A stretch of 64,000 nt of DNA from Nitrospinales bacterium (lineage in GTDB: Bacteria; Nitrospinota; Nitrospinia; Nitrospinales; VA-1). Where the stretch lies: positions 288,001-352,000 of the forward strand of contig CBDCWG010000012.1 in the NCBI GenBank assembly GCA_965223345.1, read 5' to 3'. Shown in pieces: positions 9,538 to 19,207 of the stretch. The stretch's first letter is position 1; each line of letters starts with the position of its first letter. The position numbers and the translations under genes are program-made. A model generated the notes under the pieces. The model saw only the letters and a program-made list of their open reading frames with translations, was not told where the DNA came from and ran no database searches.

Positions 9538-10377
9538 TCACACATTTTTTACAGGCACCAGCGCTTCGTCGAGCAATGGGCGGACGTCGGCGAAATCGAT
9601 TCCGGTCAGCGCGATCGACTGCCGCACGCCGGGATGTTTGTACACGATGTTCCAGAGCTGGTTGCCCATCTCCTCGATGTTCTGCATCACCGGGGTGAGC
9701 CCGTCCTCGCGCAGCAGCCGCAGCAGATCCAGTCCGACCGCCTGCCATTTTTCTCCGGCCTCCACACAGCTTTTGTAGAACGCAAGTTCCGGCTGCACGC
9801 GATCGAGGCTCGCGCGCAAGGGATGCGCTTCGGCCGCGCCGGGAAACAGCGCCTGAAATTGTTTCTCCGCGTTTCTGGCTCGAAAGCCGGTGAACCAGTA
9901 ACCGGTGCGCCTGCCGTTGAGGGCGCGCAGCGTCGCCGCCAGCGCCTCGGCCTGGGTGAGCCGTTCGACATCGATCTCTTTTTCCAAAAGCGGTGAAGCG
10001 AATTCCTTTTTGCGGCGCTCGCGGATTTCGTGCAGGGTGCGGTACAACTCGCGCAGCACGGCGTTGAGGTTGGCGACGGTGACCGGGTCTCCGGGGTTTC
10101 TCAGTTCTTTGAGCGAATCCACCTGCACATCGAGGTTGCGGTCGGAGGTTTCGATGAAATTGATCGCGGGGATTTCCAGCAGCGTCTCGAACGCGCCGGG
10201 GCTGACGGTCAGATCGATGCCGTGGTTGTCTTTGAGCCAGCGCAGGCTTTTGCGGCATTTCACGATGTCGCGCAGCACCTCCACCACCATCTCCAGCGGT
10301 TCGCCGGTGGCTTCGAGGGCGTCCCCCTTGGCGGGGTCGTCGAGCAGTTTTACGAGGATGCGTTTCGGGTCGCGCAT
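9538..10377 (-). CDS. Hypothetical protein (279 aa)
   Basis: Long ORF from MRDPKRILVKLL with typical codon usage; no recognised motif. Confidence 0.7.
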   Translation of the reverse strand: MRDPKRILVKLLDDPAKGDALEATGEPLEMVVEVLRDIVKCRKSLRWLKDNHGIDLTVSPGAFETLLEIPAINFIETSDRNLDVQVDSLKELRNPGDPVTVANLNAVLRELYRTLHEIRERRKKEFASPLLEKEIDVERLTQAEALAATLRALNGRRTGYWFTGFRARNAEKQFQALFPGAAEAHPLRASLDRVQPELAFYKSCVEAGEKWQAVGLDLLRLLREDGLTPVMQNIEEMGNQLWNIVYKHPGVRQSIALTGIDFADVRPLLDEALVPVKNV

Positions 10378-10535
10378 GTTTGTTCTGAATGTTTTTAACG
10401 GCCCGCGTTGCCGGTTTTTTGCGGCCCTACGCGGCCGGGGATCGCGGTTGATTTTTACATGAATCCTGCTACCATTCGCACCAGCCTCAAGCGATACCGT
10501 CATTGTACGCAACAAATCCGCGGGAACACAAGCCG

Positions 10536-10618
10536 GCCGGAGTGGTGGAATGGCATACACAAAGGACTTAAAATCCTTCCCCCGAAAGGGGTTGTGGGTT
10601 CGAATCCCACCTCCGGCA
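10536..10618 (+). tRNA. tRNA-Leu (anticodon TAA); CCA not encoded
   Basis: GCCGGAG/CTCCGGC acceptor stem, AAGGA-CTTAAAA-TCCTT anticodon arm, long variable arm CCCCGAAAGGGG, GGTTCGAATCC T-loop. Confidence 0.97.
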
Positions 10619-10823
10619 CTCCTCCCCGGAGGGCGTGTGTGCTCACGCTGCGCAATGGCTTCGATTTCGGGTTCAAACTCCCTTCTTGAAACCGCTCCCC
10701 TCGCCGTGTGGGCGGTTTGCGGGCGACGGGCGGAATTCCATCCGTTACGTTTGGGCTTTCCTTTTGAATCCGCACCCCGCGGAGGGCACTCCTGCGCGGA
10801 AGGCGGATTCGCTGACGACGGGC
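10619..10823 (+). repeat. Dispersed hairpin repeat, locus C (degenerate units at ~10619, 10695, 10772, 10789)
   Basis: CTCCTCCCCGGAGGGCGTGTGTGCTCACGCTGCGC at 10619; CTCCTGCGCGGAAGGCG at 10789. Confidence 0.7.
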
Positions 10824-10904
10824 AACATTCTATCGCTTGCGTTTGAATTTTCTTTTGGGATTCGCGCTCTGCAAAAGGCTCCGTGTGACAGGTCAGAGAT
10901 CGCA

Positions 10905-11042
10905 ATGAATGCTGCTGAAAAAAAACCGGCACCCAAAAAACGCGAGGAAAACCGTGTGTTCACGGTGTTCGTGCATGTGGGCTATTCGATCCTGATCATT
11001 TCGATGCTGGGCTGGATGATCTACATGGAATTTTTCATGTGA
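10905..11042 (+). CDS. Small single-TM protein (45 aa)
   Basis: MNAAEKKPAPKK...VFTVFVHVGYSILIISMLGWMIYMEFFM; basic N-terminus then TM helix. Confidence 0.6.
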   Translation: MNAAEKKPAPKKREENRVFTVFVHVGYSILIISMLGWMIYMEFFM

Positions 11043-11053
11043 CGGCCCGTCGG

Positions 11054-11635
11054 TCATTCGATCACGACGTAACGGGAGTCCGCATCGACCTTGCCGCCCC
11101 ATTGCTTCACTTCGTCCAGAATCTGCTCGCGGGTGAAGTGCGTCCGGTCCTCGCAAACCCGTTCCGCAAAATTGGCGCACCGCACTTCGCCCTCCGCGTC
11201 CACCGTCCAGACGATCTCGCTGTCCGAATGCCGCGCGGTGGCGGCGAAGGAACCGGCATCACCTGAGATCAGAGTCACGTTGGCGCTGCCCATATCCGGG
11301 CTCCACTCGGGTGGATGCAGCGAAAAGGAATACGGCGGCTGCGTGATCGCATCGATCCGGCATTCCGCATCCGCGCCTTCCCGCTGCCAGAACAGGCGGC
11401 AGTTGTTGCGCAATTCCCACAGCTGGCCGCGCGCCATGTTCTCCTGCCAGGGTTCGGTCCAGCGCGGCTCGGGTCCGGAAACCGCAGCGCTGCGGGAGCC
11501 CGCCGGGACGAGCGTGAACCCCGCACCGGCGTCTTTGGGTTTTGCCTTGAGAAGAGAGTGGATGAGCCCGGCGCCGCCCACAAACAGGACGAGGCCGGCG
11601 GTCCACAGCATCTGCTTCATGAAGGAGGATTTCAT
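11054..11635 (-). CDS. Membrane-anchored hypothetical protein, possibly pilin-like globular domain
   Basis: N-terminal TM; helix with Cys pair followed by beta-rich FAATARH...WTVDAEG segment. Confidence 0.55.
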   Translation of the reverse strand: MKSSFMKQMLWTAGLVLFVGGAGLIHSLLKAKPKDAGAGFTLVPAGSRSAAVSGPEPRWTEPWQENMARGQLWELRNNCRLFWQREGADAECRIDAITQPPYSFSLHPPEWSPDMGSANVTLISGDAGSFAATARHSDSEIVWTVDAEGEVRCANFAERVCEDRTHFTREQILDEVKQWGGKVDADSRYVVIE

Positions 11636-11806
11636 AGGCCTTCCCGAGTTGATAAAATTTACGCTATAAGAGCAAAGCCGGTGCCAAAATATTTTCCTTT
11701 GAAAAACCGCCTGTTTTTGATTTAAGACCATCAGGTTGACCGGATAGCGTCCGATTTTTCAGACACCGGTCGCAGGCTACTCAGACTTTTTCACTCGGAC
11801 CCGATC

Positions 11807-13222
11807 ATGAACTACCAACGCGCGCTCTGCTGGATACGCCGGGACCTCAGGCTTTCCGATCACGCCGCCCTCGCCCAGGCGACGCGCGCGGCGCAACAGG
11901 TCTTCGTCGTGTTCGTGTTCGACACGAACATTCTCGACCGGCTGAAAGATGAGGACGACCGCAGGTTGAGCTTCATCGCCGACTCGCTTGAGGAGGTGCA
12001 GGCGGCGCTGCGTGAAAAAGGATCGGATCTCATCGTGCGGCACGGAGACCCGGTGCGGGAAATCCCCAAGCTGGTGCGGGAGCTGAAAGCGGAGGCGCTT
12101 TTCTTCAACCGCGATCACGAACCGCAGGCCAAACGGCGGGATGAGAAGGTCACGCAAGCGGTGCAGGCGCTGGGTGCGGACAGTCATTCTTATAAAGATC
12201 AGGTGGTGTTCGCATTTCCGGAGATCGTCACGCAGCAGGGCCAGCCGTATCGCGTGTTCACACCCTACAAGCGCGCCTGGCTGGCGACGCTCGATCCCTC
12301 GCACAGCGCCGAACTCAAGCCCAACCTGAAACGCCTGGCGGCCAAAAAGCAGATCGCTCCGCATGCCTGGAACTGGGATCTCAAAAAAATCGGATTCACT
12401 CCCAACACGCTGTGGCTCGATGCGGGACCCAAGGCGGCGCGCCAGCGGCTGAAACGGTTTTTGCGATCCATCGACGCCTATCACGATGAGCGCAATTTTC
12501 CCGCCCGGCGCGCGGGCACGTCCGGGCTGTCGGTGCACCTGCGCTTTGGCACGCTCTCGGTGCGCCAAGCGGTGCGGGCGGCGCGCCAGCGGGACGGCGA
12601 GGGAGCGCAGGTGTGGCTTTCCGAGTTGATCTGGCGGGATTTTTACCAGACGCTGCTCGACCGGTTTCCGCATGTGGTGGACGGCTGTTTCAATGCGAAG
12701 TTCGACAAGCTGCGCTGGCCGGGAAAGCCGGAGCACTTTCATCTTTGGTGCGAAGGCCGGACCGGTTACCCGCTCGTCGATGCGGCGATGCGGCATTTCA
12801 AGGAGACCGGCTGGATGCACAACCGGCTGCGCATGGTGGTGGCGAGTTTTCTCACGAAGGATCTTTTGATCGACTGGCGGCAGGGCGAGGCGTGGTTCGC
12901 GCGCTTTCTGCTGGATTTCGATCTGGCCGCCAACAACGGCGGCTGGCAGTGGTGCGCGTCCACCGGCTGCGACGCGCAGCCGTGGTTCCGCATCTTCAAC
13001 CCGGTGAACCAGTCGAAAAAATTCGACCCTGAAGGCGCGTTCATTCGGGAACACCTGCCTAAGCTTTCCGGGTTTTCAAACCGGCGCATCCATTTTCCGG
13101 CCAAGGCGAGCGCGAAGGAGCAGGAGCAGGCGGACTGCGTCCTCGGCGAGGATTATCCCCTGCCTATCGTGGACCACGCGGTGCAGCGGGAAAAAGCGCT
13201 GGAGCTGTTCAAGGCGGTTTGA
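11807..13222 (+). CDS. phrB: Deoxyribodipyrimidine photolyase (class I CPD)
   Basis: WIRRDLRLSDH, TSGLSVHLRFG, ELIWRDFY, GWMHNRLRM, NNGGWQW. Confidence 0.95.
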   Translation: MNYQRALCWIRRDLRLSDHAALAQATRAAQQVFVVFVFDTNILDRLKDEDDRRLSFIADSLEEVQAALREKGSDLIVRHGDPVREIPKLVRELKAEALFFNRDHEPQAKRRDEKVTQAVQALGADSHSYKDQVVFAFPEIVTQQGQPYRVFTPYKRAWLATLDPSHSAELKPNLKRLAAKKQIAPHAWNWDLKKIGFTPNTLWLDAGPKAARQRLKRFLRSIDAYHDERNFPARRAGTSGLSVHLRFGTLSVRQAVRAARQRDGEGAQVWLSELIWRDFYQTLLDRFPHVVDGCFNAKFDKLRWPGKPEHFHLWCEGRTGYPLVDAAMRHFKETGWMHNRLRMVVASFLTKDLLIDWRQGEAWFARFLLDFDLAANNGGWQWCASTGCDAQPWFRIFNPVNQSKKFDPEGAFIREHLPKLSGFSNRRIHFPAKASAKEQEQADCVLGEDYPLPIVDHAVQREKALELFKAV

Positions 13223-13228
13223 GCCGCG

Positions 13229-14719
13229 TCACGCGCTGCAGCTCAGGCGCATGTGAACGTAGCGCGCGGGGGTTTCCTGGGCGTAGTGTTCGGGATCGAT
13301 GCCGTGCGCCGCGAATTCCTGCAGGCGGTCGTTGAACGGATCTTGGAGCAAGATCCGCAGCCGCTGGATCTCGGTGAAATCCTGCTGCTTCAGCGCCTTC
13401 TCGATGGCGTTGTGCAACAGGTAGTTTCTCAGGATGAATTTCGGGTTCACCGCATCCATGCGTTTCTTTCTTTCACCGGCGTCCTCGTCCTCCCGTTCGA
13501 TCAATTTGCCGTACTGCTGCAACCAATCTTCCAGCGGTTTCACATCCTCAAACAAATCGCGCAGCGGCGTCGTATCGCCCTCGGGAAATTCGGAGAGGCG
13601 GCGGAAAAAATTGCTGTAGTCGGCGCCGCTTTCGTACAACAGTTTGAACAGCGCCTGCACGCATTCGGAAAACCCGGCATCGTGGATTTGAAGCCCCAGC
13701 TTTTCCCCCATCCACTCGCGGTAGGCGGCGTTGTAGACGGGCTGGTATTCGGCAAGCTCGGCCTGCAGCGCATCCGGCCCGACCGCATCGACCAGCGTCT
13801 CGGCGAATTTGCTCAGGTTCCAGTGGCCGATCTCGGGCTGTTTGGCGTAGGCGTAGCGGCCGTGCGCGTCGGTGAGGTTGGGCGTGAAACCGGGCTGGAA
13901 GCGATCCATGAAACCGAAGGGGCCGTAGTCGAACGTCGCGCCGGTGATGGAAAAGTTGTCGGTGTTCATGACGCCGTGGATGAAGCCGAACGCCTGCCAC
14001 TTTGCGATCATGCGCGCGGTCTTTTGCACGACGCTGCGGAAAAACAGCCGCGGCGCGTCGCTCTCTCCGACCGCCTCGGGCAGGTGCCGCGCGATGGCGT
14101 GCTCCAGCAACGCCGCCAGGCGATCCGGCTTGTTGGTGTAATGCAGCAACTCGAAGCTGCCGATGCGGATGTGGGTGTCGGCGAGGCGCACCAGGATGGC
14201 GGCGAGTTCGGGGGTCTCGCGGTAAATGAGGTCGCGGATGCCGATGAGCGCCAGCGAGCGGGTGGTGGGGATGCCGAGCCCGTGCACCGCTTCCTGCCCC
14301 AGGTATTCGCGGATGCTGGCGCGCAGGGTCGCGCGCCCGTCGAAGCCGCGCGCGAACCGCGTGGGCCCCGCGCCTTTGAGGTGCAGATCCCAGATCTCTC
14401 CCGCGCGGTTTTCGATCTCTCCCAGCAGCAACCCGCGCCCGTCTCCCAGCCGGGGATTGTAGACGCCGAACTGGTGGCCGGAGTAGGCCATGGCCAGAGG
14501 CTGGGCTCCCGGCAGCGGCCGGTTGCCGGACAAGCAGTCCACCAGCTCCGTGCGCTCCGCTTCCGAAGGATCGAGGTCGATCAGTTTCGCCGCTTCGGGG
14601 TTGAAATCGACGAGATAGGGTTCGGACACCGGGTCGGGGGATTTCAATTGCAGGTGCTCCGCCCCCAGCGTCACGAAGCGGTTGTTGAAGTTCAGGGTTT
14701 CGAGCGTGTTCACGGGCAT
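13229..14719 (-). CDS. selO: Protein adenylyltransferase SelO/YdiU
   Basis: YSGHQFG, LGDGRG, HLKGAGPT, DGRA, HGVMNTDN, DYGPFGF, C-terminal LSCSA. Confidence 0.95.
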   Translation of the reverse strand: MPVNTLETLNFNNRFVTLGAEHLQLKSPDPVSEPYLVDFNPEAAKLIDLDPSEAERTELVDCLSGNRPLPGAQPLAMAYSGHQFGVYNPRLGDGRGLLLGEIENRAGEIWDLHLKGAGPTRFARGFDGRATLRASIREYLGQEAVHGLGIPTTRSLALIGIRDLIYRETPELAAILVRLADTHIRIGSFELLHYTNKPDRLAALLEHAIARHLPEAVGESDAPRLFFRSVVQKTARMIAKWQAFGFIHGVMNTDNFSITGATFDYGPFGFMDRFQPGFTPNLTDAHGRYAYAKQPEIGHWNLSKFAETLVDAVGPDALQAELAEYQPVYNAAYREWMGEKLGLQIHDAGFSECVQALFKLLYESGADYSNFFRRLSEFPEGDTTPLRDLFEDVKPLEDWLQQYGKLIEREDEDAGERKKRMDAVNPKFILRNYLLHNAIEKALKQQDFTEIQRLRILLQDPFNDRLQEFAAHGIDPEHYAQETPARYVHMRLSCSA

Positions 14720-14986
14720 TGCCTTGGATGGTCGTTGCAGTCAGCTCCCGCGCGTGAACCCGGGGCGTGGGGATGGGATGCAGGTTTTGGGTGTTTGGAT
14801 TCGGATTGACTCCGCGCCGCATAGGCACTGGCTCGCGCCGTGCAGAATCGTCCCGTGGCTTCTCAATGCAAAACATCCGTGCTGCGAAAATCGGTGCCGC
14901 CGGCGCAGGGGCAATTTCTTTGCTTTGCGCGGGCAACTGACTTAGACTGATGCGAATTCAACCCGTTTCGAGGAACGATCGTCATC

Positions 14987-15454
14987 ATGAAAAAAGCCAC
15001 ATTCGGGGCAGGCTGTTTTTGGGGTGTGGAGCTGGCATTCGCAAAAATCGCCGGCGTGACCGCCACGGCGGTCGGCTACAGCGGCGGCGCAGCGCCCAAC
15101 CCGACTTACGAGATGGTGTGCACGGGGCAGACCGGGCACGCGGAGGTGGTGGAGGTGGAATTCGACGCAACGCGCGTTGCGTATGAAGACCTGCTGGAAA
15201 CGTTCTGGTCGATTCACGACCCCACGACCCTCAATCGTCAGGGACCGGATATCGGCACGCAATACCGGTCGGCGATTTTTTTCCACGACAAGGCCCAGGA
15301 AACCGCCGCCCTCGCCTCACGCGATGCGCAGCAGGCTTCGGGCCGCTTTCGCAACCCCATCGTCACCGAGATCGCCCCGGCGCAGACGTTTTACCGGGCC
15401 GAGGAATACCATCAGCGCTATCTGGAAAAACGCGGCATGGGCAGCTGCCACTGA
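14987..15454 (+). CDS. msrA: Peptide-methionine (S)-S-oxide reductase
   Basis: [33 protein letters not shown]. Confidence 0.97.
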   Translation: MKKATFGAGCFWGVELAFAKIAGVTATAVGYSGGAAPNPTYEMVCTGQTGHAEVVEVEFDATRVAYEDLLETFWSIHDPTTLNRQGPDIGTQYRSAIFFHDKAQETAALASRDAQQASGRFRNPIVTEIAPAQTFYRAEEYHQRYLEKRGMGSCH

Positions 15455-15481
15455 TTCACCCGCATCGAGGTCTTTGTTGAC

Positions 15482-16156
15482 GTGCAACGCGATTATGACA
15501 TTTTGAAACTGAAGCCGGGTGCGAGCTGGTTGGAAGTCAAGCAGGCCTACAAGAAGCGCGTGCTGGAATGGCACCCCGACCGCTTCCCGGCGGACGACGC
15601 GAAGAAGCAGAAACGCGCCACGCAGATGTTCACAGAGATCACCGCCGCCTACACGCGCCTGGAAGCCAGGCACACGCGCAACGAACAGGGAAAATTCGCC
15701 GACGAGCAGCCGGAGTACGAAAATGTGTCCAGCGGCGGCGGTCCCTCCGGCAGCGCCTGGCAGGACACGGCAACGCAGAATCTGCCGCAGTTCATGACGC
15801 GCACCTGGGACAACGGCGACAAGTACGAGGGCATGGTGCTCAATGAAATGATGCACGGCCAGGGCATTTTCACGTATCGCGACGGTTCGGTGTACTCGGG
15901 GCAGTTCCGTTTCGGAAAAATGGAAGGCCAGGGGACGCTGGTGTACCCGAACGGCGACAAATACTCGGGCGGTTTCCGGGAAAACCGTTTCCACGGTCAG
16001 GGCAAAATGAATTTTGCCAACGGCGACCGCTACATGGGCGGGTTCGTCAACGACCAGTACCACGGACAGGGCGTGTTCGTGTCTGAAGGCAAAGTTTACG
16101 CCGGCCAGTGGGAATACGGTTCGCTGAGCGTCGAGGAACCGCCGCGCGGTTTCTGA
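15482..16156 (+). CDS. J-domain + MORN-repeat protein
   Basis: WHPD J-domain motif; repeated GDKYxGxFxxxxxHGQG MORN units. Confidence 0.88.
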   Translation: MQRDYDILKLKPGASWLEVKQAYKKRVLEWHPDRFPADDAKKQKRATQMFTEITAAYTRLEARHTRNEQGKFADEQPEYENVSSGGGPSGSAWQDTATQNLPQFMTRTWDNGDKYEGMVLNEMMHGQGIFTYRDGSVYSGQFRFGKMEGQGTLVYPNGDKYSGGFRENRFHGQGKMNFANGDRYMGGFVNDQYHGQGVFVSEGKVYAGQWEYGSLSVEEPPRGF

Positions 16157-16157
16157 T

Positions 16158-16256
16158 CTCCTGCGCGGAGGGCGTGTGTGCTCACGCCGCGCCGGACTTT
16201 CCGGTTTTAACGCAGCACTTTCTGCATGGCCGTTCTCCTGCGCGGAGCTGCGCGCC
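16158..16256 (+). repeat. Dispersed hairpin repeat, locus B (units at 16158 and 16235)
   Basis: CTCCTGCGCGGAGGGCGTGTGTGCTCACGCCGCGCCGGACTTTCCGG...CCGTTCTCCTGCGCGGAG. Confidence 0.85.
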
Positions 16257-16322
16257 CCGTTTTGCGATCTTACAAACACGTTTCCTTTTAGTCCGACCTC
16301 CTTCGCAGCGCTTTTTCCCGTC

Positions 16323-16616
16323 ATGGCCGACTGGTCCCTTTATCTCATTCGTCTCGAAAACGATCAGCTCTACACGGGCATCGCGCTCGATGTGGACAAG
16401 CGGTTCTCCGAGCACGTGGCCGGCGGAAAAAAAGGCGCCAAGTTTCTGCGCGGCCGTGGACCGCTGCGGCTGGTTTTTGAGCAGCGCATCGGCAGCCGGT
16501 CCGCAGCCCTGAAAGCGGAAGCCCAGGTGAAAAAATGGCCGAAAGCGCGGAAAGAAAAACTGATTCAAGGGGATGTGCGGCTCACACCGTTGAGCGAACC
16601 CGGCGATTGCGGGTGA
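16323..16616 (+). CDS. GIY-YIG nuclease family protein (YhbQ/UPF0213-like)
   Basis: WSLYLIR...LYTGIALDVDKRFSEH...GAKFLRGRGP...ALKAEAQVK. Confidence 0.9.
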   Translation: MADWSLYLIRLENDQLYTGIALDVDKRFSEHVAGGKKGAKFLRGRGPLRLVFEQRIGSRSAALKAEAQVKKWPKARKEKLIQGDVRLTPLSEPGDCG

Positions 16617-16775
16617 ATCTTTCCCGGCGGACCGCGCCCGGAGCGCGAAATTTCAACCTTTTTGGGCAAAAAAAACGTTGGTTCCCATGCGCAATGGGGT
16701 TAAGTTAGAAACACACCCCAAAAAAACGTGGAAGGTTCCGTTTGACGGAACTGCCAACGGAAAGGAGAAACAAGA

Positions 16776-17027
16776 ATGATGAAAAAGCAACTTGCAGGAT
16801 TGCTCGGTTCGTTTTTACTGATCGCCGTGCTGACGGGATGTTCCAGCAAAGCAGGCAGTGCGGGTCTCGGTGCGCTGGGCGGCGCCGCTGTTGGCGGAGG
16901 CGCCTATGAATTGCACCTCAAAAGACAGAAGGACCGCATCGACGCCGACCTGAAAGGCGGCAAGATCGATCAGACGGAATACAATATCCGCAAATCCCAG
17001 ATCGAGCGGGATTCGCTGTTGCAGTAA
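16776..17027 (+). CDS. Small lipoprotein with glycine-zipper-like segment
   Basis: Lipobox LTGC; GLGALGGAAVGGG; AAAGGAG RBS. Confidence 0.8.
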   Translation: MMKKQLAGLLGSFLLIAVLTGCSSKAGSAGLGALGGAAVGGGAYELHLKRQKDRIDADLKGGKIDQTEYNIRKSQIERDSLLQ

Positions 17028-17515
17028 AAAAATCGTTGAGAGGATCCCTGTGCGACCGCTCGGCCGCATGAGTGGATCCACCGGTTACGGTTTCCGGCCG
17101 CGGGGCGAACGCCGCCCTGCGGCGCCGTTTCCTTTCTCAACAATTCGCGGCCACGGTTTTTCCATCCAGCCCGAACGGGCATTCTCCCCTCGCCCGCAAT
17201 CCATCTCCCGCCAAGTGGCAAAATCCCGCCCTGTTTGTGATCCATGCAACACTCATCCTGATTTTTTTTCATTGTCCAACGCCGGATTCATCCTTTAAAG
17301 AGGGCGGACCGTCAGACAAGCCGTCGTTTCTCAGTGATTTTGCCGGGCTCTACCTCAATCAGGGTAAATCTCTCGAGCCGTTGCGCAATAAGGGATTTCC
17401 CGCGCAGGAACCGAAAAAAAACATTATAATGTGGATTGAATTTCTCAGGATTCAGGGTACCGGAAAGGAGAGGGAACCGGCTGTCACTCTTCAAAAAACG
17501 ATTGGGATACAAGCG

Positions 17516-17908
17516 ATGCAAAAAATTACCGTGTTATCCATCACCCTGATCATTTGCGCGGCGTTCCTGTTCATGCTGATGCTGCTGGACAACGCCTTTT
17601 CCAACGGGATGACCGCCTTCGCCGGGATCGGCCCGATCGCCGGCCTGCTGGTCATCATCGCGGGCATTCTCTCCTGCTGGCAGTACAGCTACAACCGGCT
17701 GATGCCCGAACGCGATTACCGCCCCTTTCTGGGTGTGATCTTCGGTGTTCTGGTGAGCTATCTCCTCTTCAACAAGATTTCCTTCACGGAAGTGTCGAAG
17801 ATCTTCCAGGTTTCCTTCTCGATTCTGGAATTTTCCCTGCGCCTGTTTCTGCTCACCTCGGTGTACAGCATGTCGCAACGCGTGGGGGAATGGATTCGCG
17901 AACGCTGA
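17516..17908 (+). CDS. Multi-TM membrane protein of unknown function
   Basis: Four hydrophobic segments starting MQKITVLSITLII. Confidence 0.65.
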   Translation: MQKITVLSITLIICAAFLFMLMLLDNAFSNGMTAFAGIGPIAGLLVIIAGILSCWQYSYNRLMPERDYRPFLGVIFGVLVSYLLFNKISFTEVSKIFQVSFSILEFSLRLFLLTSVYSMSQRVGEWIRER

Positions 17909-18146
17909 ACCGCCTGTTCCTCCTCCTGAGAACCCCCGCCGGGACGGTTTGCGCCGCCTGAAACGCGCACGGCGGCGACGCCGATTTCGAAAACTCCCTT
18001 AAAATCAAGCAACAAGCCGTTTTTCAGGGCTTTTGACACTGTTACAAAGTTGTAACGCCGGATTGACCCTGCTGTGATGCGGGTTTCCTATACTTTCAGA
18101 GTTTCCGGAATCACTCCGGATCTAATTCTGAAAGGGGTCTCCCGTT

Positions 18147-18881
18147 ATGGTCAGCAATCCGGCGTTACGCGCGTGTTCTTTCTCTCTCATTTTACTGGCA
18201 GCGCTTTGTCTGCCGTTTAAAGCCGAAGCGGCTTTTGAAAATTTCTGGAGCGTGCAGGAAATCCATGAAAAGAGAGCGTTCTATCATGCGGAATTTCCGG
18301 GAACCGCTCCGGTCCTCATGGCCCGGCTGAACGTCGCGCTGGACACCCGGGAGGAGGACCCGATCGACAACCTGCCGCAGGAGGCGCTCGATTTCAAAAA
18401 CCTCGCGGAAAAATACGAGGAAAAAGGCGAGTTCGAAAAAGCCGAAAAGCTGTACCAGCAATCCATGAGAGTGATCATGAAGTCTCTGGGAACCAACCAC
18501 CCGGTTTCGGCGTTCGCCTTGATCAATCTGGCGGACCTCTACATCCAGATGAAGGATTTTCTCAGAGCGGAACCGATGTACCTGCGCTCGCTGATCATCA
18601 TCAACAATTCCATGGGTCCGGATCATTTCTTCGCGGCGCTGGTGCTCAACAACATCGGCGGCATGTACAAAAAGATGAAGGAGTTCAACAAGGCCGAATC
18701 CATGTACCTGCGGTCCCTGGAGATCCACGAAAACTCGCTCGGGCCCAATCACCCCAACGTGGCGGTGCCGCTCAACAACCTGGCGGAGTTGTACCGCCTG
18801 ATGGGCAACGACGAAAAAGCGGAGCCCTATTTCCTGCGCGCCCTGGATATCTACAACGAGTCGAAAAACCACCCCAATTAA
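18147..18881 (+). CDS. Secreted TPR protein (kinesin-light-chain-type 42-aa TPRs)
   Basis: Signal peptide; LGxxHPxVAxxLNNLAxLY repeats. Confidence 0.88.
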   Translation: MVSNPALRACSFSLILLAALCLPFKAEAAFENFWSVQEIHEKRAFYHAEFPGTAPVLMARLNVALDTREEDPIDNLPQEALDFKNLAEKYEEKGEFEKAEKLYQQSMRVIMKSLGTNHPVSAFALINLADLYIQMKDFLRAEPMYLRSLIIINNSMGPDHFFAALVLNNIGGMYKKMKEFNKAESMYLRSLEIHENSLGPNHPNVAVPLNNLAELYRLMGNDEKAEPYFLRALDIYNESKNHPN

Positions 18882-19207
18882 AACCCGGTCCGCGCGGTTC
18901 CGGCACGACCGCACGCGCTTCCTCCTCGTCCGCGGTCACTATCGCGGGCGCGAACCCGCCTCGCCCCACCGGCAGATATTATCGGGAAACCAAAGTTTTT
19001 CCAGCTTCGCGTAAAACCCGGAAAGCCCTTTGCCCGCAATTTCCCCGCAAAATAAAACCAGCCTTTTCAACAACCTAGATCACACCTGCGCGGCAAAAAA
19101 ATTCCCGGCGACCGGCTTTTAGGCTGGATTTGATTAAAAAAATATGACAGTATCGAACACCTGAACGAAATTCTTTTTTGAGGAAGAACGACTAGGAGAC
19201 GCGCCTC

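Noticed and set aside
9417..10823. CRISPR array (36-nt repeat with ~40-nt spacing)
   Set aside because: Only 2-4 degenerate units per locus, linkers homologous between loci rather than unique, and no cas genes in the window
10536..10900. Genomic island integrated at tRNA-Leu
   Set aside because: No integrase, no duplicated tRNA 3' end seen, and no compositional shift downstream
13229..13260. Selenocysteine in SelO
   Set aside because: C-terminus reads LSCSA with Cys; the TGA after it abuts the convergent phrB end and looks like an ordinary stop
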